Shown piece by piece: positions 27,853 through 39,392 of a stretch of DNA of 64,000 bases. Origin of the DNA: Adineta vaga (lineage: Eukaryota; Animalia; Rotifera); assembly GCA_021613535.1 (NCBI GenBank), contig CP075495.1, forward strand, positions 6,014,001 to 6,078,000. The letters run 5' to 3'. Under the pieces are notes generated by a model. The model was not told where the DNA came from, searched no databases, and worked only from the letters and a program-made list of their open reading frames with translations. Position 1 is the first letter of the stretch. Each line of letters begins with the position of its first letter. The position numbers were made by a program, and so were the translations under genes.

Positions 27853-30755
27853 ATGGGTAATAACAATGTTCGTAGACAAGGAACCGGTCTTGGTAATTAT
27901 GGTTCGCAATATGATCCATATTATAATTATGGTGATATAGAAAACTATGGTTCCTCTTATCAACCTATTGGAGGATATCCATTTGGTTTCAGCGTTACCG
28001 ATGGACCATTGACAACATCAGCGAAACCTCAATCTGCTGCTTTGGGTGCATATGGTAGTACATATCCAGCAGGTTTCAATCCGATGTTACAACCTGGTCC
28101 GAATGGACCTAAAGTCCGTGTGATATATGTACCTAGTCATATAGCGAATGGTATGCAAAATTTGATTCAACAAGGTGGAGCAGGTGGGATGAATCCATTG
28201 AATGCTTACGGTGGAGCAGGTGGGATGAATCCATTGAATGCTTACGGTGGAGCAGGTGGAATAAATCCGTTGAATGCTTACGGTGGAGCTGGTGGAATAA
28301 ATCCGTTGAATGCTTACGGTGGAGCTGGTGGAATAAATCCACTAAGTGCATATGGTGGATACGGTGGAATGAATCCATTGGTTGGCTATGGTGGAGTTGG
28401 TGGAAATTCTATGGCAGGTGGTTTCGGTGGATATGGACTTCCACAAATGATGCCACAAGTGCCAATATCACCAATGGGTTCAAATTGTTGTTCTTTATCA
28501 ATTCAAGTTCCATCTGCAGCTCCTCAAATGCCGTATCCAATCCCTTGTCCACCACCAATGATTCAGCCAATGATGCCACAAATGTCTATGCGTAAGATAA
28601 TTATTTATCTCTTTATATATTTCCAATAACATAAGCTTTTTAATGAATATTTTAAACGTAACTTAATATAATTACTAATCGAATTACAATGACATCTTCT
28701 CGATCTTTCTTTAAACAATACTAATTCTATTTAGCTTATCCACCAATGATGCCACAAATACCGATTTCACAACCGCTGCGTAAGGAATAGAAGTTGCTTA
28801 TTTTTTTCTTTAAGAAATAACACTAACGCCAGTCGACTGGTAGTATTATTCATGATACCTATTCCTTTTTGACTATAATAGTTTGTCCACTAATAATACC
28901 ACAGATGCCTACCGGTTCAGCTCTGATGCGCAGAAATTATACTATCATCTCTTAGTGCTTTTTAATTAACCATACCATAGTTCATAGTATATCTAAAAAA
29001 TATCAATTAACTATATTTGTTCTATTTTCCGATTTTATAATTAATAGTTGATTCGATCATTTGAATTTTTTTATAGCTTGTCCACCTTTGCTACCTCAAA
29101 TGCCTATTGCACCTTTTCCGATGCGTAAGAAATAGAAAAGAATATTTAGTATGTTGAAATATAGAGTGGTTTGATTTTCTCTTAGCATATCCCCCGGTTA
29201 TGCAACAAATGCCAATTGGTCCACAACCTATGCGTAAGAAATATTATCTACTCATCCGCGAATATTCTGTAGAAATACATTTTATATTAATACTTTTTCG
29301 TCAATTACTAATAGTGACAATAGTATACATAACAATGTCTAACAATCATTTACATTGTTTTGCTTTTTCCCTAGCTTATCTACCAAATATGCCTCAACCG
29401 CCATTTCTTTCTCCCATGCCGATGTTTCCTCAGCAAATACCAATGCGTAAGATTTCATTGTAGATTACACATCAGATTGAAGTTTTTCATGTTGCTTTTA
29501 TTATTTAACTAACAATCAATAACATATTCATATAATAAATTGATTGAATCTATTATTCTTTCATTTAGCATATTCGCCACAGATGTCTCCAATGATGCCA
29601 CAACCAGTACAATTTTTACCTCAATTTCCAGGTGTACAACAACAACAACAACCAATTTATCCTCCAAATTTTCCTGGAGGTTTTAATGGTCTACCTGGAG
29701 TTCAATCGTACGGAGGTATAATTCTATCTCTTCTATCCTCTAAAAAGAATAAAAATTAAGAATGATAATATTAAGTTAATCTAGGTTTCAATCAAGGAAC
29801 ACCGCCGTATGCAAATCTCGGAAATTACAGTGGATTTCCAAGTAAATAAATCCTTCTCTATTTATGAATAAAATATCTTTTTTTGCCATTGTTTTCATTA
29901 TTAAGATATTGGTAGTAATATGATTGCAAATCCAAGTGGTATTAGTCAGCCAGCATACCCTCAACCTGGTCTTGCCGGATATGGTAGTTTTGGATCCAAT
30001 AGTAACTACAGTGTTGGCTTTGGTCAACAAGGGTATCCTCAGCCTGGTCTTGCAGGATATGGTGGTTATGGTCAGTTCCCTTATGATAATTTTAATCAAC
30101 CTATGTATAATTCACTCGATATTTCAGGATTTGGTGGAGCCAATCAATCACCTTATAATGGCTATGGTAACTGTGGTCAACAGTTCGTGGGTGGTTACAA
30201 TCCACAAGGATATAATGCATTTGGTAATTTACCTAACAGTAATTTTATCCAACCAGGTGTCGGTATTAATATGCCGCAGACTCCTTATGGAATCGGTGAA
30301 CCTGGTCTTGCATCGTATGGTCCACCCATTGGTGTCCCTAATCAATCAGGATATAATGGTTATATTCCACAACCATATGGCGCTTTTCAACAGCCGCCTT
30401 ATGGTAGTTATGGTCAACAACTACCTTATGGTAATTATGGTCAACAACTACCTTATGGTAATTATGGTCAACAACTACCTTATGGTAGTTATGGTATGGT
30501 AATTATGCTCAACAACCATTCAGTGGCTTCTCTCAAATTCCTCAACAACCCATTGGTATGTATCCACAACAACCACAACCATCTTTCAATCCATTTCCAC
30601 AACAACCATATAATAATTATCCAGGAGCAAATATGAATTTATTTGGTGGTGTTCCTTCAGGCGGTGGCTTTTCTTCCCCAGGTGGTCCACAATTAATATC
30701 ATTTCCAGGTGGCACTGGACGAGTGAGAATTGTCTGTTGTGCTTTTCCTGAATAG
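27853..30755 (+). CDS. Gly/Tyr/Pro/Gln-rich repeat protein C (MGNNNVRRQ N-terminus; C-terminal GRVRIVCCAFPE), with an apparent frameshift at about 30495
   Basis: Exons 27853-28591, 28735-28779, 29077-29124, 29186-29233, 29375-29446, 29569-29715, 29785-29841 and 29906-30755, all joined by phase-1 GT-AG introns. Shares YDPYY, PKVRVIYVP and the C-terminal Cys motif with protein B. Confidence 0.8.
28174..28389 (+). repeat. Coding 36-nt tandem repeat (6x GGAGG[M/I]NPLNAY-type)
   Basis: Repeated ggtggagcaggtgggatgaatccattgaatgcttac units. Confidence 0.93.
30388..30509 (+). repeat. Coding 27-nt tandem repeat (QQLPYG[N/S]YG x4 plus one truncated unit)
   Basis: caacaactaccttatggtaattatggt units; the last unit (30496-30509) lacks its first 13 nt. 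Confidence 0.9.
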
Positions 30756-32937
30756 GAATAATGCAAAGGAACTATCAAGTTTGTAAGGCAAGACATCTTC
30801 CATTTCTTCTCTTTTTATATGTGTATTCATTCATGATAATAATGAACGTCATATCAAATATTTTTTCGTCATAAAAGCGTTTCTAGGTAAAGTGCCTAGA
30901 ATGTGATCTTTTTTATTGTATAAATTATGCTAGGAAAAGAACTTTTCCATTTTTCAATGAAGTTATCTTCTTTGATTTCACAACTTTTTATTTCTACTTC
31001 TTTTAGCCTTTATTACAATATTACATAGAATAGGAAAATATCGTTTTCCTCTACTTCAATATTTTGATCTTTTTTCTTCCTATATTTCGTCTCCTACAAA
31101 TGTACTTTTTTGTAAATGCACAAAAAAGATTTGTCTACTTTATTTACGCATGCAAACGCTAATATTTTCTGTTAATCCGGACCAATACTTGGCCTTGCTT
31201 CTTTTCCTAAGCATATTCTAACATTTTCTTTTTTACAATTTTTTTGCTTAGAATTATAAACGAAAAATACATACAAAAAAGGAAAACAATTCATCTGATT
31301 CTTTGCTTATATCATCATAAAAAAAAGTAGCAGGTTAAATAACAGATTTCAACATTTCAAAATACCAGATAGCCTTTATGCTTATGGAATAGAACTAATC
31401 AATTAAAAATTACTGTTGAATAAGTATCATTTTCAATTAAAACTACCTTGATTATTAAAAATATTGAGCAGATGTTTCCTATATAAAAAGAAATGTCATT
31501 AATTGTTATTATGAAAATACCAGGTCAATAAATATTATTTGACAATTATATTTTATATAGAATGATGCTTTCGACATAGATATTATTCTTCAAAATGAAG
31601 TATTATGTTTACATTTCAAAAAGATTTATATATAAGTGCTACACAACACGTTGATTAACATGTTTTTTCTTCTTTCAGAAAAAAAACTGAATCCAATAGG
31701 GCTTTCTCATCGTTATTTAACGAAAGAAAAAAAGGCGAAAGTAATATAATCATTTAAAGAAAATATTCAAACTTTATTTTTAGTTCACGTCAATAAATTG
31801 ACTATAGTAGTAATACTAGTCACTCTTGTGTCTAAAAAAATAAGTTAAACAATAAATGCCACAGGGAGTTATGTCGTTTTTCTCTTGAATAATCCAAGTC
31901 ACGATATTTACATAGATTAAGTGTTTGGATGTGGAATAATCATATACACAAAAGATATGACAATCAACAAGTTTGTTCCATCATCTCTCTCTCTCTCTCT
32001 CTCTCTTCTATTTTATTTCTTTGCATCACTAAGTGCACATTTTACAGATGAAAAAGCAAAAGAGAAAAAATATCTTGGAATATGTTTTCTCTCTCTCTTT
32101 CTCTCCTTCTCTTTTGTATTCATTTCAACATTTTCCATTTTACTAGACTATTAAACGTCGAAAAAAAACCAGGCAACCTATTGTAAGTATATCTTTCTCG
32201 AACATATCTTTCAATATTATCGTTCTTCGTGACTTCTCTTTTTATAAAACAAAACAGGAATTTTTCTCATCCCACGGGTAATTATCATGTTAAGTTTTTG
32301 ATCCGTAAAAAACTGAATAATTACTATGGTTCCGAAATTTTAGTTGTTCTCTTTTTTAATATTGACATGCATTAGAAGAAAATGATATAAATAAAAAAGA
32401 CTTCCTTTTCATTTTTCTTTACTTTCGTCACTACAATTAGCTTTTTAATAATAGGTGACTGAACAGATAAACAAGGAAACATTTCTTGGCGGAATTTCTT
32501 AAGAAAACATTAGTTATTGCACTATTCGAAGTAGGAATGTCACTTGAGATTTAAATTATCTCTCAATAACTAGGAATTTAATATTTGAGACAATACTTCT
32601 TCGTCGATTTATTCATATACGATTGAGATAAATTAGAAAAAGTACTCGTCAAATAAGTCGACTTATTAAGTTGAGAATAATAATTAAAATTTTCCGTCTT
32701 TGAACAATTAATCCGTGAGAATGATAAGTAAAATGTATGCGCATTTTTAGTATTGTTCTTATTAATGAGATACATCGAAAGAGACTATTTTCGGAATATC
32801 TAGTTAGTGCAAAAATAAAAGAAATGGAAGAAGTTTCTCTGAAATACATGATCAGATCTTTGACATATCGTTGATCTGAATAGAATTTATTTACATTTTT
32901 GTTTTGTTTTGTTCTAGAAAAATCCTAATCAATAAAT

Positions 32938-33560
32938 ATGGGTCATCTATCCCTCTTCACATTTATTATCTTCATTGGTTTAAGTATGGTTATTGCGAAG
33001 AGTGAGGTTAAATTTCGTCATCATCAGCAAAAACGATTCGCCCGAAACAACGAGCCAGCGCGCACTTTACGTAATCTGATAGGAAATCTGATTGACACTG
33101 AAGCAAATATCGTATATACTATAGATGGACAGAAACAAGTCAATACACCAGTACATTCCGATGCCACAACAACAACAGTAAGTCCATTGGCAGCTGTTTC
33201 AGCTCCAAAACAAGAAGAAATGGCTTGTCTTGCTGCGTGTCATTCTTGTCTTCAAGGCTTTTCATTTGTAAGTATATAAATTTATCTTTAGTTTGAGTAT
33301 TTCAATTGTTTTTCCATTAGCATCAGAAGAGAGATGACGATAATTGTGGTCCGATGTGTGATTGTGCCGATCGCTGTTTCTTCATGCCAGCCGAACAGGT
33401 AAGAAAAAACAAAAGATTCTATTTCTTCTTTGGAAATAATCCGTTTTCTTATCTTACTATTTATCAGGTTGGTAATATGTACAATCAAATATCTAGTATT
33501 CGAAATGGTCCTGATTGTTGGTGGAGAAACTATAATGAATTTTTCGCGAATACAAAATAA
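32938..33560 (+). CDS. Secreted Cys-rich peptide/prohormone precursor (166 aa, 3 exons)
   Basis: Exons 32938-33267, 33321-33398 and 33468-33560 (phase 0). Hydrophobic signal peptide MGHLSLFTFIIFIGLSMVIA, KR dibasic site, and a C-terminal 8-Cys domain CLAACHSC...CGPMCDCADRC...PDCWW. Confidence 0.85.
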
Positions 33561-34677
33561 TAAATCAAATAAACGACCATGATTTTCAACTGTTTCGTTT
33601 TTGTCTCTTACTCTCTCACTCTTACTCAATCTTTCCATCAGATTTCAGTCTAAATATTTTTCACAATAAAATATCTATTCAATTATATCTATTCATATGA
33701 AAGGAGAGAAAAACAAATTGATTGTCATACTTTCACATACTTGAATAAACAACTTTAAAGATTCATATATACATTACCATCTAATGACTTAACGAGCCTA
33801 TAATCTCAATTCAATTATCATATTAAATGTAAGAAAGACGTAGATGTTATTCAGTCTATCGTGTATATTCTCAAGCAATCATAATATGTTCCTAGTCGTT
33901 TCAGTTCTACGAAAGAAATTATATACAATGATAACCTAAGGAAATAATCAAGAAGAAATCTAATACATATTATTCTGTTTGAACTGCAAGATATAATAAA
34001 AAAACAAAAGAAGGAGAGCACAAGGTTACGCGTCTTATTTATATGTTCTTTTATTTATTTTAAGATCTTTATTCTGTATATATCAATTGATAAAGATTAC
34101 TTTACTAACATCTTTATATATAATGAATTTATTTCTGTTAGACTAGAAAGAATTTATCATGAATTCGTTACATTAACAAAAAGACTTTCATAAATAGATA
34201 AAATAACAAACTAATAGAAGTGATTTAATCAACCATTTGATTCCGTAGCTTTGATCTTTGTTAGATTAGAAAGTATTTAGAAATAAAATAAATTACTGTA
34301 TGACTTGCACTCTTTCTTTTTCTACTTTCTCAAGGATCAAATGCAGCATTCCACATGACCGAGAGAGAGAGGGGAAAGAAATTCCTTTCTATTAACTAGT
34401 TAAATAATGCATTAAGAGGAACAAACAAAACAGGAAGATTTTGTTTTAGATCATCAATATTGATCGAACGTACTTGTACGTCATTTTTTCAATGACGATT
34501 ATTAAATTTAGCACGTTGTGATTGTTAATTTAAAGAATATAATTGAGACATGTTTTTTTTTCATAAGAACAAAGTTCATTTCAATTGAAAGATTGCATTA
34601 CAATATTTATTTTGTAAATTAGTCTCGAATAAATTAAATAAAAAAAATATTATAATATCTTGAATAGACGCTTTATT

Positions 34678-35298
34678 TTAGTTTATTATTTGCTGATATT
34701 GCCGAAATAAAAATTCAGGATAACCCATTGGTTCGATCGGAATATGTCGGTGTTGTTCGATTAATTTCTCAATAATTTTCTCATGAATTAAATTCGAACC
34801 TATTTGTTCGATACAAACAGTTTCATAAAATAGATCATGACCTATCTGCATTTGATTGTCCGATCGAATAAATTTCAGATGTAAACCAGTTAATTCTTGT
34901 ATAAGACCATGTTCTGTTGGTGATTGATTACGAAATTTACTAACATTACAGACAATCATCGGTTTTACTGACATCAATCGTTCAATCAATTGTGTTTCAT
35001 TAGATTTTTTCAGAACTTTAATTATGGAATTCATATCATCGAGATGTATACTTCGTAACGTATGAATTGTTTTTATCCAATATTCTTGTCCATTAGAAAA
35101 ACGTCTTACACGTTTTTTCAATTCAAGTTTTTTTCCTTTGCGCAATTTTAGACCATATTCAATATGAATACTATCAGATTTATCTGTCATTTCAGGCAAT
35201 ATAAAATAGATGTCGGCTCGTTTTTCCAAACCAGATCGTTCTCTCCATCTTGTCCGGTATAGATCTTCATTAATTGGATAAAAAAAACGATATTCCAT
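34678..35298 (-). CDS. Intronless CYTH-like (triphosphate tunnel fold) protein, 206 aa
   Basis: Single uninterrupted ORF. The motif order EYRFF...RADIYF...GLKLRKG..LELKKR...EYWIK...K.R...ETVCIE...PMGYPEFL matches, by recall, uncharacterised CYTH-like proteins. Confidence 0.65.
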   Translation of the reverse strand: MEYRFFYPINEDLYRTRWRERSGLEKRADIYFILPEMTDKSDSIHIEYGLKLRKGKKLELKKRVRRFSNGQEYWIKTIHTLRSIHLDDMNSIIKVLKKSNETQLIERLMSVKPMIVCNVSKFRNQSPTEHGLIQELTGLHLKFIRSDNQMQIGHDLFYETVCIEQIGSNLIHEKIIEKLIEQHRHIPIEPMGYPEFLFRQYQQIIN

Positions 35299-35714
35299 TG
35301 AGAAATATTTCTATATTTAATTATTTGAATTCCGATAATCTATAAATTGTAAAATGATATTTTTATTTTCATTCAATTAAATCACACATTATCCAAACAA
35401 GGTACATATCTCTTTTCAGATACTGTACAGAGAAGAAAAAATAGTTTTTTTTTATACTCATTAGGAATGCATTAAAAGAATAAAAATAGAATAGAGAAGC
35501 ATGTACAAACAAGAAGAAGAAAAAAAAGACGTGTTGCTTTATTTTCCTTCGCGAGATTTTCGAAGAAAGTTAAAACATATTGCATTAGTTGAAAAGAAAT
35601 AACAATTTATATACTGTTGAGCATTTCTATATGATTTGGACGGTGAACAATACTTTTGTAAAATAAAAAACAATAGAATGTCTTTGTATATATATATGAA
35701 TTGTATAAGATATT

Positions 35715-37415
35715 TTATGTAATTGAATCCCAATCAAATGCTTCTTCTTCGACAACAATTGGCAGAGGAGAAAACTAAAAGATTTAAATTAAGGATTTTC
35801 GGCATAAAGAATAGAGGAATTACATTGTGAGTTGTTTCTAATACTGTTCGATTCGATACTATGGGTAAACGATTGAATGGTATTGGTTCATCTATAAAAG
35901 ATGATAGTTAATTATTCTAATATGTCATTTGGCTATGAGTTTTAAATAAAAGTTTTATGTTTCTATTTAAACATAAAAAGAATTTTGAAAAGATGACCTA
36001 CGTGAGATTTTATTTGTTGTTAAATTAGTAACACCCGTATAATCAAAAAACGATGAGATCGATGAAGCTAAATTAAGAACTTTATCTCGATCTTGTTGTT
36101 GCAATGTTGAACTTGTTCGATAATTATCTGAAATATTCCATAAAAAACCTGATCGTATTCAAACATATTATTCGTACCACAGTAAGGCTTAACATCGACA
36201 TCATGCCAATTAATTTCACTATGGGATGCTAATTTAAAACTATCAAAGAGAAGATTAGATTCACCATGAGGTAAAAAATCATAATTCCAAGTATTTGTAG
36301 TAGGACTATTTGTGGATGGTGAATCTATAAAAATCTATAAGACATCGTTTTAAATTTTTAACAGAATATATACCTGATGATGGAATCCAAGAATTCGATG
36401 GTGCATCAAGAATTTGTTCACGAAATCGTCGAAATGAAGCCGTTAAATCAATATTAAAATCATCGCATGATAATAATTTTGTCTAAATAAAAAAATCAAA
36501 GGAGATAGATCTTCTTCTTCTTTATTTTCATGTCTATTCTTACATTAGCAATAACAGACTGGTCGTATCTGATTCATCAGCTGATGAGGATTGTCCACCA
36601 ACACTATTAACATCACCGTAGATCACAGGATTTTGATATGAATAAACACCATTTGGTTGTAACTGATGATTATACGGCGAAGAAGATAGAATATCATTAG
36701 ATGCTTGTATTGAATCAAACTAATACGAAGAAAATTAATTAGAAAGATTCTTTCTTTTCCCTTATCTATTCATACTCTTCGTCGACGAGCATTGATTTGA
36801 GTGACTTGTATCAGATTCATCGAGTGCCCAATAAGAACCCTAATATGTAAAATTAAATAAGACGAAACAAACGGTTATGTAAATAGTTTTACTTTGCCAG
36901 GATCATCTGAACTTCTTTGAAGTCGTTTAAAACATCTATTTAAAGATAAATTATGTCGAATTGAATTCTAAAATGATAATGATTATGTTTCAAATTTACT
37001 AAACAAATCTCTATCGAACCTTCCATTTAGGTGGTGCTGTTCGAAAATATGGATATGATTCTAAAATCCATTGATAAATTTCATTCAATGTCATTCTTTG
37101 CATATCACCATTTAATATTGCTTGTCGAATTAACGTTACATAACTGTATGGAGGTTTAACATGTACTGTTGATGTTGGTAATTCAACATCGTTTGCTTCT
37201 ACTTTATATTGAATATTTGCTATGGTCGATGACGTTGTTGGTAATGATGTTGAATCTGGTGATGGCTGTTTCGGAGATGTTGTTGATGGTGTTGAATTTT
37301 CTCCTATCTGCATTTTTGGTAACCAATCCATAGATGTTAAACTACTATCTAATGGTACACCATTTGTTGTTCTACCTATTCCTTTCTTTTTACTTGATGA
37401 TTTTCGGACAAGCAT
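35715..37415 (-). CDS. FOXJ3: Forkhead transcription factor FoxJ2/3
   Basis: N-terminal [12 protein letters not shown] motif; forkhead domain [14 protein letters not shown]...[10 protein letters not shown]...WK|[15 protein letters not shown]...DPGK|GSYWALD; C-terminal [11 protein letters not shown] characteristic of FoxJ2/3. Confidence 0.92.
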
Positions 37416-37620
37416 CTCTTGTTATTAAATTGTTGTTTCTTTTTATTCTAGAAAACAAAAGAAAGACATCAGATGATAATCAATTGAAGTAATTCAACTA
37501 GGAACTATTTTGTTATATATGAACCAAAGAAAAAACATAGACACAAACATATGTTCGACCAATTTATGATATGTACAAACAAACAAACAAAAAAGCATAG
37601 TAATAAACTTTTATTAGTGA

Positions 37621-38720
37621 TCAGGATTGCACTATTTCTTTATTCGTGCCATATAAACGATACTCATAAGTATATGTTCGAAGATTTCCTAATAAAAAAA
37701 GAACAAAACAAATCGTTATTAAACTTACGTACAAATCAATGTGTACATATACATACGACATTCGAGACCGCATTTTGATGACTGACATGATGTACAAGGG
37801 AGGAAACAACCAGAACATGATAAACGATTACAATCACATCGATCAGTTTGATCAGAAACAAGAAGACCTGAGTCAGTATATAATGGTTTAATTGAACTAA
37901 AATTTTAAATATATATAGAAAACGTTCGATAGATGACGCTTTTACTAAGTCAAAAGTTACTATGAATATTGTCTTTCTCGAATTTAATATCAATACGAAA
38001 CATCTTATAGTAATGAGAGAATTCTCGTTCAATGTTTACTAATATATTATTTCATAAACAAAAGAAGGTTAGCACTGTAATAAGTATAATGGTTTAACTA
38101 ATACCTTCTTTATGAATTGTAAGAACTCATATAACATATATACTACGACGATAGAATGAATGATATTTACTTTATGTCTTTTTCTTATCATATGTCTACT
38201 AACAAATACGACATATTTTTCGATGTATGTAATCATTCTGTGTATTTTTACTATAGAATTCGACATTTTTTTGTGATAAAATTCTACAACTTAATTTATT
38301 CATACTTTGGTTTGTCTTGTGTCGATGGTTCTCGAGTTTTCAAACGTCTTGATGGAACATTAGCTACGTTGACTAAATTTTTTGGACCTGGATTGACAAA
38401 TCCAAGATCTTGAAGTGCTCTATCCTACATAATGGACATGGTTGTATTCTATTTTAAATTATTAACTTCTTACTGTTCGTCTTGCTGGTTTACGTTTTTT
38501 TGATGATGTTTTTTGAACAGAAGAATATGATCCATTAGTTGCAGGTATCGATGAAATATGGGAACGACGTAATGAAGAAACTACTGTTGACGTTGATGTT
38601 ATATGTAAAGTTTCATTCGTTGATGGCTGCAAATTGAACAATGCATTTTAAAAAAATTAAAAAAAGATTTCTACCAACCGAATCCAACATATCGAAAATA
38701 TTATTATTTTGCTCATCCAT
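37621..38720 (-). CDS. ARL14EP: ARL14 effector protein-like (ARL14EP/ARF7EP), 5 small exons; essentially missed by the ORF track
   Basis: Spliced product MDEQNNNIFDMLDS | ...KRKPARRT | DRALQDLGFVNPGP... | SIKPLYTDSGLLVSDQTDRCDCNRLSCSGCFLPCTSCQSSKCGLECR | NLRTYTYEYRLYG...*. It has the ARL14EP L..L.F.NPG motif and the CDC-x4-CxGC-x3-C-x2-C-x3-KCGxECR domain. Confidence 0.85.
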
Positions 38721-39392
38721 CGTTCGAGCAACGATGAAAAGTATTTCGATCTAAAATAATTCTCTTTTTTCTTCTAAAATCAAGCATTATTTTCATTTTA
38801 TTTATGTTAAAAAAAACTAACATAAGAGACGGAAACGTGAATATGAATAATAAATATCGACCATTTTTTGCACAGTAAAATATATAATTGTTGCCATTGG
38901 ACCCCCATCCTTGAAAAACAGCAGTTAAAAGAAGACGAGGAAAAAATAAAAGAAAGAATAAAAAATTTAAAAAAAATTCTCGTTCTCAAGTATCATCATT
39001 AGTTATTTACTGATCATTTGTTTAAGAAGTAACCAACCAAAAAACTATCGTTAAAATCTATAATAAATATTGATTTCTTCAATGAACAAACGAAACGATG
39101 ATTTTAACCAACCTATGCAAAGCATGATAAAATTATCAAACAAATATCCAGCAGAAGCATTGCTAGTGACATCTTTCATTGTCAAAAAGGAAGTAGTTTA
39201 GTTTTTAAGATCTATCGTATTTGAATTCTAAATGATCTCACTTTCACTTGATAAAAATACATTACATTCATACATCGTGAACAGATAGTATATCTCAAAT
39301 TTCACTAGTATACGCACGCTTGCAAAAAGACATCTACGCAGTGAACTAGTTTTCATTGATTATAATAGAGTAGAAGAGTATAATATAGCATT

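Noticed and set aside
20462-28389. Regular 27-36 nt repeats resembling a CRISPR array
   Set aside because: The units are head-to-tail with no unique spacers, they are in-frame coding, the context is eukaryotic, and there are no cas genes.
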